From: Candidatus Kuenenia stuttgartensis
Lineage (GTDB): Bacteria > Planctomycetota > Brocadiia > Brocadiales > Brocadiaceae
NCBI RefSeq assembly: GCF_900232105.1
Contig: NZ_LT934425.1
Location: forward strand, 2,430,001-2,462,000
Length of the DNA stretch: 32,000 bases
Reading direction: 5' to 3'
Part shown: piece after piece, positions 1 through 8,678 of the stretch
Layout of the letters: every line of letters starts with the position of its first letter
Position numbering within the stretch: position 1 is the first letter of the stretch
Notes under the pieces: model-generated
Told to the model about the DNA's origin: nothing
The model's database searches: none
Seen by the model: only the letters and a program-made list of their open reading frames with translations
Translations under genes and position numbers: made by a program

Positions 1-1
1 T

Positions 2-223
2 GATAATGATGGATGTACGGCAGAGGGCGTGAAAGTAACACGGAAGCTTTCTTCGGCTAACAGGAAAATGATTAACGTAAAACCTCTCAGCGCAAAAACA
101 GATGCAAGTGGACAGGCAACGTTCACCATAAGGGCGAAGAAGGATAAAGGAAAAGCCGATGTGAAGTTTAGCGTAGGCGGTGTGAAAGATAAACCAAAAG
201 TAAAGATTGCCCTTACGAAGTAA
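2..223 (+). CDS. C-terminal fragment of a probable secreted/Ig-like-domain protein (5' end outside window)
   Basis: Frame is open to the left edge (DNDGCTAEGVKVTRKLSS...KVKIALTK*); residues '...KTDASGQATFTIRAKKDKGKADVKFSVGG' resemble a bacterial Ig-like beta-sandwich repeat. Confidence 0.45.
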   Translation, partial: DNDGCTAEGVKVTRKLSSANRKMINVKPLSAKTDASGQATFTIRAKKDKGKADVKFSVGGVKDKPKVKIALTK

Positions 224-250
224 GATAGCGCCAGGACAAAGTTTTTCTCT

Positions 251-287
251 GTAACACTTTAGATTTTTCAAAAAGCTAAAGTGTTAC
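251..287 (+). terminator. 12-bp perfect stem hairpin gtaacactttag...ctaaagtgttac, possible terminator; same sequence as the ends of the dispersed repeats
   Basis: Perfect inverted repeat 251-262 / 276-287, 27 bp after the stop codon of the first CDS. Confidence 0.45.
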
Positions 288-306
288 AATTATTCAGGAT
301 TGTTTC

Positions 307-2436
307 TCATGTTTTTTCCTTTTCAATAGCGCACAACAAACCTCTTAGTTGATAAGACCCAAAGGCGGGGTCGTAAGGGGGTTTGTTGTTTGTTAATACG
401 TTGGCGTTCGATTCCCAAACACCGAATTCCGGACCCGCTTTTTCAGGAAACCACCATCCATGTTCCACGCTTATCACCCGTGGATGAATATCTTCCGTTA
501 CCTGCGCCTTCATACGGATGCTTCCCCGCGGAGAACTCACAATGACCCAATCACCATGGTTTATTCCCTTTTCTGCGGCAACCTCCCGATGCATTTCTGC
601 CTGGGGATGCGGCCTCCGTTTTCTCAGAGAGGGTATCTGTCTGTGTTCGCTCTGGAAAAATTCTTTCTTACGGCATCCCGTAATGAGCACATAGGGAAAT
701 TGTTCCACCAGTTCAGGCGATTGCACCGGGCTTTCCGGGGGTTCTTTGTATGTTGGCAGAGGATCGTACCCCAATCTCTGTAATGATTTTGAATAAAGTT
801 CTACCTTTTTCGAAGGAGTTCTGAACCCTTTTTCCTCATACCTTTTGTATTGATGCGGCGGATAAAAGAATCCTGAGGTTTTTAACTTCTGATAATCTAT
901 TCCCAGAGGTTCCAATTGATAATTCATTACGTCTTCCAGGCTTTCTTCGCTTCCTGGCAGGTGAAGCCGTTTGGAGAGTTCATTGATTATCCATTCGTCC
1001 TGCCTGCATTCTGCGTGTTGCGTGATTTTTTGTTGAGCCATGACCATGTTTTCTACCACCAGGGGATATCCAATTACCTGTTCAACTTCAGGCCAAAATG
1101 CCGCGGGAAGGACATAATCCGCCAGTGCAGCAGTAGGCGTCATAAAAAGATCAGTAACCACCAATAGTTCCAGCCTTTGCAAGCTTTCATATACCTCTCC
1201 CGGATTTGCTACTGTAGTCAAAGGGTTGTTTCCAAAGATAAGAAGCGCCCTTATTTGATAAGGATCGCACGTTCTCATTGCCTTAAATAATGCAGGGATG
1301 TGCGCAGACGGCATGAACGCCCTCCAGCCACCCAGGAGTTTAAATGTATCCGCCCCTAAGCGCTTTTTCAACATGCCTTCCGGTAATTTCTCTTTGAGGG
1401 TAGGGTAACTGCGGATGATATTTTTACCAATAATATCACCGCCAGGGTTGTCGATGTTGCCTGTTAATGCGCGTAAAATGGCAATGCTTCTGACGGTTTG
1501 CAGGGAGTTTGTATTCTGTTCAATGCCCAGCCCCCATTCTAATATTGCAGGTTTATTCAGGGCATATGTCCGCGCAGCATTTACGATGTCACATGCAGCT
1601 ACCCATGTAATCGTCTCCGCCCATTCAGGGGTGAACGCTTTTACATGTTCCCTAAGCTCAGAAAACCCATGCGTCCATTTCTCCACAAATTCTTTATCAT
1701 AAATATTTTCCTTTATAATAACGTGTATCATTGCCAGTGCTAATGCAGCATCAGTTCCTGGTCTGACAGGCAGCCATTGCTTGCAGCGTTTTGCAGTCTC
1801 CGATCTCCTGGGATCAACGGCGATGCCGATTGCCCCCTTATCCAATGCCCTTTTGACGGAAATTGCCAATTCACCGTCCGGCCCCGATACCAGTGGATTG
1901 TGCCCCCAGAATAAAATACATTTTGGCGGTACGTCTCCATAGTAATCCCCGACAACAAAACCGCCATACATAATATTGCTAACTGTAATTCTCGGGATAA
2001 AACACTGCGCTAAACCAGGTTCATACCAGTTAGGCGTACCCAGCGCATTTGCGAACCGCACGACATGCATGTAATGGTGTCTTCCCGTTCCTTGTCCCAG
2101 TGCAATCGATTCCGCACCGTGTTCTTTTTTCAAGGCGTCCAGTTTACGGGCTATCTCTTCCAGCGCCCTTTCCCATGAAATGCTTTCCCACTGCATGCCC
2201 CCTCTTTTGCCTTTACGTAAAAGGGGAGTCCTTAATCGGTCGGGATGATTTGCTATTTCGGGAGTCATTACTCCTTTAATGCACATCCAGCCCTTGTTCA
2301 TCGGTGACGCCGGATCGCCCTTTACCTTTACCACCTTGCCATTTTGGACAGATACAATGACGCCGCAGCCGCCGTGACAGATTCTGCAGATACTTTTATA
2401 GGTTTTTTCGATATTGTCTGTCAATGTTATCTCCAT
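307..2436 (-). CDS. Molybdopterin-dependent oxidoreductase (Mo-bisPGD / DMSO reductase superfamily) with N-terminal [4Fe-4S] site
   Basis: CRICHGGCG...GWMCIKG cluster motif, 'QGTGR', 'WGHNP', 'DPRRSETAK', 'PGTDAALALAM', C-terminal molydopterin-binding region. Track start is 2508, but MEITLTD at 2436 is preceded by a strong SD (TTGGAGGGTTATG). Confidence 0.92.
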   Translation of the reverse strand: MEITLTDNIEKTYKSICRICHGGCGVIVSVQNGKVVKVKGDPASPMNKGWMCIKGVMTPEIANHPDRLRTPLLRKGKRGGMQWESISWERALEEIARKLDALKKEHGAESIALGQGTGRHHYMHVVRFANALGTPNWYEPGLAQCFIPRITVSNIMYGGFVVGDYYGDVPPKCILFWGHNPLVSGPDGELAISVKRALDKGAIGIAVDPRRSETAKRCKQWLPVRPGTDAALALAMIHVIIKENIYDKEFVEKWTHGFSELREHVKAFTPEWAETITWVAACDIVNAARTYALNKPAILEWGLGIEQNTNSLQTVRSIAILRALTGNIDNPGGDIIGKNIIRSYPTLKEKLPEGMLKKRLGADTFKLLGGWRAFMPSAHIPALFKAMRTCDPYQIRALLIFGNNPLTTVANPGEVYESLQRLELLVVTDLFMTPTAALADYVLPAAFWPEVEQVIGYPLVVENMVMAQQKITQHAECRQDEWIINELSKRLHLPGSEESLEDVMNYQLEPLGIDYQKLKTSGFFYPPHQYKRYEEKGFRTPSKKVELYSKSLQRLGYDPLPTYKEPPESPVQSPELVEQFPYVLITGCRKKEFFQSEHRQIPSLRKRRPHPQAEMHREVAAEKGINHGDWVIVSSPRGSIRMKAQVTEDIHPRVISVEHGWWFPEKAGPEFGVWESNANVLTNNKPPYDPAFGSYQLRGLLCAIEKEKT

Positions 2437-2542
2437 AACCCTCCAAGCCGGAGAGGTTGGAATAAAGGAGTAAAACCACGGAACACCTAGCGCGGCCTTT
2501 GGCCGCAACCAAAAAGGTGATTTTTAGTTTATTATAAAGTAT

Positions 2543-2589
2543 AGTAGTATCCTCGTAAATAGTAATCAGACAATTTGGAGGACACTACT
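2543..2589 (+). promoter_or_regulatory. Hairpin sequestering the SD of the 518-aa ORF
   Basis: agtagtatcctc (2543-2554) pairs with gaggacactact (2578-2589), 11/12 complementary; the second arm contains most of the SD ggagg. Confidence 0.5.
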
Positions 2590-2590
2590 T

Positions 2591-4147
2591 ATGAATAAGT
2601 TGATGGAATTATATCGAGACAGGATCGTGGGTGCAATAAGCGGTCTGGACAGGATTCGTTTTCGCGGGACATTGCGGTGGTTGGCCAGTGAGCGTGGGAT
2701 GGGAACATTCATGAACCAAGCGAGAATTCTGCTTAAGGATTTTTCCGGTTGGGTCAATGGGCTTACGGCACAGGTGCGAGACAGTTGTGAATCGCGGGCG
2801 AAAGATTTGGGTATCGAGGTGCGGTATTTGATGAGCAGCGGTGTTGATAAGGAGAAGTTGGCTCGCCAGATCGCGGCGGATAAGAGGATTACGGAAGGTT
2901 CCATCTGCCTGTTGAGTGTGGTAGAGCCTTGTATTGCGCCGATGGTCAAGGGCAACAAGGCCAGCAAGAAGCTCGAGTTGGTAATGGCGCCCCGCAAGTG
3001 TGTCTTTGTGTATCATTATTTTAACGATCCAGTGTTTGGTTTTGGTCATGTTCGTATCCAGAGTTGGGCGCCGTTTAATATTTTCATTTGTCTCAATGGT
3101 CGTCATTGGCTGGAGCGGCAACTTCAGAAGCAAGGTATTGATTATGTTAAGGACGGCAACTGTTTTGTGCGTATAGAGGATATTGCGGCTGCGCAGGTTC
3201 TGCTCCATGAGCAGCTTAAGACTGACTGGGCGAAGCTGCTGAACGGGCTTGCGTTGGGCAGTTGCCCGGCATTGTCGCAGATTCTTCGTCCGTTGGAACC
3301 GGAGTATTACTGGTCTGCGGATGAGACGGAGTGGGCGACGGACATCATGTTTAAATCGGTTGAGGCATTGGAGGAGTTGTTTCCATCGTTTGTTCATCAT
3401 GCGATGCGGGTTTGCGACAGTTCTTCGGTGATGAAGTATTTGGGTAGGCGTAACCTTGCAGGCGCTGCCCCTGATGAGGTTATCAGCGACTATCGAAGAC
3501 GCTATGAAGGTATACGGGTCAAGCACAGTGTGAATTATAATTCAGTGAAGATGTATAACAAGAGCGGTAGTCTCTTGCGTATTGAGACAACGATCAATAA
3601 TACGCGGGACTTTAAGGTCTTTCGGAGTCCCAATGATGATGAAGGCAAACCGGCGTCATGGCAGAAGATGCGTAAGGGCGTAAGCGATCTTCATCGACGG
3701 TGTGAGGTGAGCCAACAATGCAATGATCGTTATGGGGATGCTTTGGCGGCGGCTCAGGTAGAGGAGAAACTGAAAGAAGTGGTGAGCAGCGCTTGTAACA
3801 AGGTTGTCAAAGAGGGCAAGAGGTATCGAGGTTTGAATCCCTGGCAGCAGGATGATTACCAGATGCTGATGTTCCTGTCCAAAGGCGAAAACGCGATAAA
3901 TGGATTCCGCAACCATGATTTGCGTAAGTGGCTTTACCGGGAATCCGAACAATCCGGCAAGGATCAGCAAAAGAAATATTCCGGACGAACGACCCGACGG
4001 ATAAAGATGCTGCGGGCACACGGTCTAATCCGCAAAGTTCCGAGGGCCAACCGCTATGTTTTGACGGAGAAAGGCCAGAAGTTCTCTTGTTCACTGATGA
4101 CCGCTTCAGCCCTTGATATTAAAGCACTTACGGAAATGGCGGCATGA
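2591..4147 (+). CDS. Conserved hypothetical protein of unknown function, possible mobile-element protein with C-terminal winged-helix-like region
   Basis: 518-aa ORF, SD ggagg 9 nt upstream of ATG; C-terminus 'GRTTRRIKMLRAHGLIRKVPRANRYVLTEKGQKF' looks like a winged helix; 'SVKMYNKSGSLLRIETTIN' resembles a motif seen in some phage/plasmid replication initiators. Confidence 0.8.
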   Translation: MNKLMELYRDRIVGAISGLDRIRFRGTLRWLASERGMGTFMNQARILLKDFSGWVNGLTAQVRDSCESRAKDLGIEVRYLMSSGVDKEKLARQIAADKRITEGSICLLSVVEPCIAPMVKGNKASKKLELVMAPRKCVFVYHYFNDPVFGFGHVRIQSWAPFNIFICLNGRHWLERQLQKQGIDYVKDGNCFVRIEDIAAAQVLLHEQLKTDWAKLLNGLALGSCPALSQILRPLEPEYYWSADETEWATDIMFKSVEALEELFPSFVHHAMRVCDSSSVMKYLGRRNLAGAAPDEVISDYRRRYEGIRVKHSVNYNSVKMYNKSGSLLRIETTINNTRDFKVFRSPNDDEGKPASWQKMRKGVSDLHRRCEVSQQCNDRYGDALAAAQVEEKLKEVVSSACNKVVKEGKRYRGLNPWQQDDYQMLMFLSKGENAINGFRNHDLRKWLYRESEQSGKDQQKKYSGRTTRRIKMLRAHGLIRKVPRANRYVLTEKGQKFSCSLMTASALDIKALTEMAA

Positions 4148-4187
4148 AAAACACGCATAAAAAACAAGAAATTGATGGATAGTAGTA

Positions 4188-4320
4188 CGGAATACACGGA
4201 AATTTATTTTACAATACATTCTCATATAACCTCATTTAGCATACGATTCTTCTTCCAACAAAATTTTCTCCATTCTCACTCATCATCCTCTTCCAAATTC
4301 TTTTTTTCCGTGTATTCCGT
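4188..4320. repeat. Inverted-repeat-bounded non-coding element (133 bp)
   Basis: cggaatacacggaaa (4188-4202) is the exact reverse complement of tttccgtgtattccg (4306-4320). Confidence 0.6.
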
Positions 4321-4343
4321 GGTTACCATATTTTAATTATAAT

Positions 4344-5348
4344 TTAATAAAACCGTGTTCGCACCATTCCCCATAACATTCCAAATCCCAGAGCACCTGC
4401 CCTGAGAACAAGTAAAAAAGGAACACATAATCCAACGAAGTAATCTTTTCTGACGCCCAATATCATTAAAGGCAGAGATAGTATGAAGAAAAATACGCCT
4501 GCGCCAAATGCCGCATACAAGCCAGTGGGGGAAAAAACAGAAAAGGAAATGCTCATTAGGAATAAAAACAGAAAAAGAATCTGTAATTTTAATGTTTGAG
4601 GGGTGTAGGTATCTTTAAGCATCTTGCCGGGAAATTTTTTATATACTACCGTCCGCCAGTACCCCCTCCAGAATTTAAGCCTTGCATACCTTTTTACCGA
4701 AGCGGGATGGTCTAAATGAAAAACAATGGCGTTTGGATTGAACACCATTTTAAATCCCCGCGTTGACATGCGGTACGACAATTCCGTATCTTCATTGTTC
4801 GCAACGGGAAAACTCGTATCAAAACCGCCAAGCTGAAGAAACGCATCTTTACGAAAACCCGCGGAATACGTGTCAACCATGTCGATTGATGCAGCCTTTT
4901 TCAGCATTTCAAACCGCTCTTCAAACTCAAGCTGGGCGAAACGGGCTACAATACTTTTCTGCCTGTTCCTATATGCCCCTTTTACCGCCATTACGCTTTT
5001 ATCGTTGAACGGCGCAGCCATTTCCCTTATCCAATCAGGTTCCGGCACACAATCGGAGTCGGTAAATAAAATAATTTCTCCCTTTGCCACTATTGCTCCC
5101 TTGTTCCTTGCCGTCGCAGGCCCGCTATTTTCCTGCCGGAGATATTTTATATCATACGTCCTTGCAATTTCACCCGTTGCATCTTTTGAACCGTCATCTA
5201 CCAAAATTACTTCATATGAAGCGGATGGATAATTTTGTTGTTTCAGGGCATGTAAGCATTGCCCGATTGTTTTTTCAGCATTATAAGTTGGTATTATGAC
5301 TGATATGGAAAATGGCATACAATATTTTCGTCTCTGAATGATTTTCAA
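4344..5348 (-). CDS. Family 2 glycosyltransferase with C-terminal membrane region (start may be 5318)
   Basis: SVIIPTYNAEKTIGQCLHAL...VILVDDGSKDAT...ARNKGAIVAKGEIILFTDSDCVP; hydrophobic C-terminus. Confidence 0.9.
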   Translation of the reverse strand: MKIIQRRKYCMPFSISVIIPTYNAEKTIGQCLHALKQQNYPSASYEVILVDDGSKDATGEIARTYDIKYLRQENSGPATARNKGAIVAKGEIILFTDSDCVPEPDWIREMAAPFNDKSVMAVKGAYRNRQKSIVARFAQLEFEERFEMLKKAASIDMVDTYSAGFRKDAFLQLGGFDTSFPVANNEDTELSYRMSTRGFKMVFNPNAIVFHLDHPASVKRYARLKFWRGYWRTVVYKKFPGKMLKDTYTPQTLKLQILFLFLFLMSISFSVFSPTGLYAAFGAGVFFFILSLPLMILGVRKDYFVGLCVPFLLVLRAGALGFGMLWGMVRTRFY

Positions 5349-5363
5349 AGGGCTAACCAGAAG

Positions 5364-6167
5364 CTATCGAATGATAATTCCCGCATACCCTACCACCTGA
5401 TCATAATCGCCGGTGACGTCCCCGCTCGTTGCGTAGCGTACGAGTATTGCTTCTTTTGCGCCACGTTCTTTGGAGCAAGTAAGCATAATCACTGCAGGGT
5501 ATATTCCGCACATGGAAATGCGTAATTCGCGCACCTTGTTGTATAAGCCGTCTTCGTTAAGCGCTAAAATTTCATTGATGGCAATGTTATCTTTCTTGTT
5601 TGCAGACGCCTGCGGCTCGTGATGCGTCATATCGGAAGATGCCACTACGAGCGCATCGGGGTGCAATTTCTGCAGCATCTGGGACATGCACTTCCCTATG
5701 GTTTTCAAGTCCTGAATTTTTCTGGAGGCTATGGTCATTACAACTATCTCTGTTTTCTGATTAAAATATTGAATAAAGGGTATTTGTACCTCTGCAGCAT
5801 GTTCATACAAATGAGCCTCCTTGTCTCTTTCTATAAGGTGGCAACTATTAACCAATTCATCCACCGCTTCCTCATTTACTGCTATCTCTCCAAAAGGGGT
5901 TATCCAGGAACCTCCTGGCCAAATTGAATAGGGCTTGCCATATCCGGTATGATTTGGTGACAATATCACTACCAAATCCGGTATCGTAATGTGCGAATAT
6001 AAACTTCCGGCAATACTGCCGGAGTACATATAGCCCGCATGAGGAGAAACTGCCCCCAGAGCAGATTGTTTTTCACAATCCTTGATGATAAAAGTATCGA
6101 TCTCATGTTGTAACCGGCTTTTATCCCCGCTGTAAAAAGACCCCGCTACTGCTGGTTGACGTATCAT
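5364..6167 (-). CDS. AmmeMemoRadiSam system protein B / MEMO1-family protein
   Basis: Begins MIRQPAVAGSFYSGD and contains SPHAGYMYSGSIAGSLYSHI, SSDMTHHEP, typical MEMO motifs. Confidence 0.9.
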   Translation of the reverse strand: MIRQPAVAGSFYSGDKSRLQHEIDTFIIKDCEKQSALGAVSPHAGYMYSGSIAGSLYSHITIPDLVVILSPNHTGYGKPYSIWPGGSWITPFGEIAVNEEAVDELVNSCHLIERDKEAHLYEHAAEVQIPFIQYFNQKTEIVVMTIASRKIQDLKTIGKCMSQMLQKLHPDALVVASSDMTHHEPQASANKKDNIAINEILALNEDGLYNKVRELRISMCGIYPAVIMLTCSKERGAKEAILVRYATSGDVTGDYDQVVGYAGIIIR

Positions 6168-6428
6168 TTTATTTCTCTATTAAATTTAGTTGTTAATAAA
6201 AATAAATTGTACAAAAAATATCAAAAACACGTTAGCTTTTATGGGGCAATGACGTATGTTACTGCTTTTCCCCCGGTTGGCTAAATAGTTGCCATAATTA
6301 GAGAAAATTCCTTGAAAACGATGATAACAGATGTTATCTTTTTTATATAAATACCATTTCGATTCATCTGTTCCACAATTCTTCTTAAACAACCCTTCCC
6401 AAATCAGATTTGAAGAATCTAAACAAAT

Positions 6429-6505
6429 GGCGGTGTAGCTCAGATGGTTAGAGCAGCGGACTCATAAGCCGCAGGTCGGGGGTTCGATTCCCTCCGCCGC
6501 TACCA
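6429..6505 (+). tRNA. tRNA-CAT, probably elongator tRNA-Met; CCA encoded
   Basis: Cloverleaf ggcggtg/cgccgct with D-arm tagctcagatggttagagc, anticodon loop ctcataa, T-loop ggttcgattcc, terminal acca. G1-U72 wobble and an A31/G39 mismatch. Confidence 0.9.
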
Positions 6506-6605
6506 TACTTCCGGTCTTATGCGATGGAACATTGAGCATTAACTTCCAAAACCGTGTAACTCATGTTACGCAATAAGAAAAATGTTCAATATTCAAATTT
6601 CAATA

Positions 6606-8045
6606 CTAAAGATTCAAAAAACCTCTAAATTCCAAATCCTTATCCACATTTTTTATTAAGTCCTCCTCATTAAATGCAAAACAGGGATTGATTTCAATAA
6701 GTCCCTTTACATTATCATTAGAATCCTTCGGGATGGCAACCCCCGCCTTTCGCAACCATTGGCCAAATATATTTACCATGTCTTGTTGCGCTGTTGCGGG
6801 AGAATCGTCTCCTTCTGCATTTTTTACCGGAGAAAATTCCTCCTTGCGGATAACTTCCATAAGTACACCATTTTTCACGTGCTTTAAAACGTCAAATATA
6901 AATGTTTCAAATTTAATGGCGTTATTTTCTTTCGGGGTAATCAAATTGCCGTTCAAATCAATAAAAGGAACCTTTTTTATTGCGATATGATACGGAAGGT
7001 AGGTTTCCATTTGAAACAGCTTTTCAAGAAAGGCGATGCTGAATATGTGAATCGCAATATTTCCTGCATTATATTTTAAAGTGCCATCATTGTTTTTTGC
7101 ATATTTGTCCTCCTGGCTCAGTTCCGAATACTCAACCACGTGCAAGTGTCCGTCAAGAGAAACAATCACTCCTACTTTTTCATCAGGGCTGCGTTTTTTA
7201 ACCACCTTTGATGACACATCCGCGCCATCCATAAGATGATAGCCAATAAATACAGGGTCTGCCATTTTTATAAGCACGTTATCCACCTGGTGATAAAAGA
7301 TGTGCCTGACCCCCCGTTCTTTTATATCATTTATAATACTTTTTTCCTGAAGCGCAATAATTGTGCCCCCATGACCGTTCGGGCTCATTACAATATTTGA
7401 CTTTGCATTCATCAAAATTTTTCCGTTCATATCTACTGTGGGAATCATTCGTTGGGTAAAGAAATATACCCGTTGTTGGTCAAGCCCGAAGAATTTGTTT
7501 GAACGGAAAAACTCCTGCGTGTCGTGATCATTTGTTTCGCTTGTCATAATATACCAGGGAAACATTGCGTTGTATTTCGTTTGAAGAGCGCGTATTTTCT
7601 CGGCATGAAGTTGAAAAATGCTTTTTTTGTTGATTGGCGATATGGGGAGCATGCCCTTTGGTCCATCGATTCCCAGCCGTGTTCCCTGTCCCCCCGCAAC
7701 GGTAAGGATGGCAATTTCTCCATTGCACAAGGACTCCTCCCCCACCTGTTTCGCCTTTTCAGCAGCTTTTTTTCCAGTAATATTTTCCGGAATGCCAATA
7801 ATCGGTGGGGGTTGTAAATTTTTCTGAAACATGTCAGAAGCTGAAATAAAGCTTTCGTGAAAAAGTTTTTGTAAAAGCGTAAAATCTATTGAAGATATCT
7901 GTTTCAAAAGATGCAGCTTTTCGGCAGTAGTAATCTCGTTCCACCAGCTAAAAATGTGGGACTGGCCAGTTTGAAATGCCTTTTCTATAAGGTGTTTATA
8001 ATCAGGATATGCTTTTTCAATATGGTCTTTGTTTACGGTATTCAT
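6606..8045 (-). CDS. UDPGP-family (eukaryote-type) UDP-N-acetylhexosamine / UTP-sugar-1-phosphate pyrophosphorylase
   Basis: AGGQGTRLGIDGPKGMLPI, 'PWYIMTSETND', 'GGTIIALQEKSII', 'FHQVDN' characteristic of UAP1/AGX-like enzymes. Confidence 0.88.
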   Translation of the reverse strand: MNTVNKDHIEKAYPDYKHLIEKAFQTGQSHIFSWWNEITTAEKLHLLKQISSIDFTLLQKLFHESFISASDMFQKNLQPPPIIGIPENITGKKAAEKAKQVGEESLCNGEIAILTVAGGQGTRLGIDGPKGMLPISPINKKSIFQLHAEKIRALQTKYNAMFPWYIMTSETNDHDTQEFFRSNKFFGLDQQRVYFFTQRMIPTVDMNGKILMNAKSNIVMSPNGHGGTIIALQEKSIINDIKERGVRHIFYHQVDNVLIKMADPVFIGYHLMDGADVSSKVVKKRSPDEKVGVIVSLDGHLHVVEYSELSQEDKYAKNNDGTLKYNAGNIAIHIFSIAFLEKLFQMETYLPYHIAIKKVPFIDLNGNLITPKENNAIKFETFIFDVLKHVKNGVLMEVIRKEEFSPVKNAEGDDSPATAQQDMVNIFGQWLRKAGVAIPKDSNDNVKGLIEINPCFAFNEEDLIKNVDKDLEFRGFLNL

Positions 8046-8605
8046 AATTTAATAGTAAAGGAATTTTCATTTTGCATGTGAGTTTTCAGGGTGGTGCAAA
8101 CAAGAGAAAAACGCAGGATTTAGTGTCCCTGCTTAGTGCCCCTCCTTCCGGTTGATTAAGTCGTCCATGACTGAACCGAAACGTTTTGTATGTTTCATAA
8201 TGCCTGTCGGCAATCAAAAACGACAGACCAATGAAACAATGAACTTTATTATACGCTATTTTTTAAAATGTAAAATATTTATTTTCCCTCATTTTTTCTG
8301 CTTATGATTTATTATTTTTTATCCTCAAAGGTATAAGCAAAAAGATGAAGGAAAAGTAACATTTTAGTAACACTTTAGTCTTTTGAAAAAGCAAAACGTT
8401 CGTTCCCTAGCTTCCCAGACTGGGCCAAATGAACTCTGTTATCTCAAAAGTAAGGGGTAACTCCTCATATTTTATGGGAATGTAATTGCATTGGAAGCTC
8501 CTGCATCCACTCTATAAGAAATATGGAGGATCTTTCAGGCGGGTCCATGTTTATAACCTGAACACGCCTGGCGTAGCGATATGCTTTCTGTCCTTCAGGC
8601 CTGTT

Positions 8606-8678
8606 GTAGGGGCGAAGCATTTGCCATAAATCTTCATAAATGCGTTCTTACCCAAACCGGCAGATGCTTAGCCCCTAC
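8606..8678. repeat. Imperfect inverted repeat gtaggggcgaagcatttgcc ... ggcagatgcttagcccctac
   Basis: 20-nt arms at 8606-8625 and 8659-8678; related to the pair at 19637-19708. Confidence 0.6.

Larger units (their letters stand above)
2541..4187 (+). mobile_element. Candidate uncharacterised mobile element carrying one 518-aa ORF
   Basis: Direct repeat atagtagta at 2541-2549 and 4179-4187 flanks the ORF; no similarity I recognise to DDE/serine/tyrosine transposases. Boundaries tentative. Confidence 0.35.

Noticed and set aside
307-2436. Specific assignment of the molybdoenzyme as formate dehydrogenase, nitrate reductase or acetylene hydratase
   Set aside because: Superfamily motifs are clear but the active-site ligand region is not diagnostic by eye; left unspecified.
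2437-2508. 24-aa N-terminal extension of the molybdoenzyme ORF
   Set aside because: No SD for the upstream start, while MEITLTD at 2436 has a strong TTGGAGGGTT SD; the extension MRPKAALGVPWF is likely not translated.
2609-3526. 305-aa minus-strand ORF antisense to the orphan ORF
   Set aside because: Shadow ORF: the plus-strand frame has an SD and protein-like motifs, while this one is Arg/Thr/His-rich low-plausibility sequence.
2541-4187. Terminal inverted repeats for the orphan-ORF element
   Set aside because: Only very weak similarity (CCTC/CCATC, AATTT) between the two ends; cannot be claimed as TIRs.
6186-6392. 68-aa minus-strand ORF
   Set aside because: Aromatic/Lys/Asn-rich composition typical of AT-rich intergenic sequence; insufficient support.
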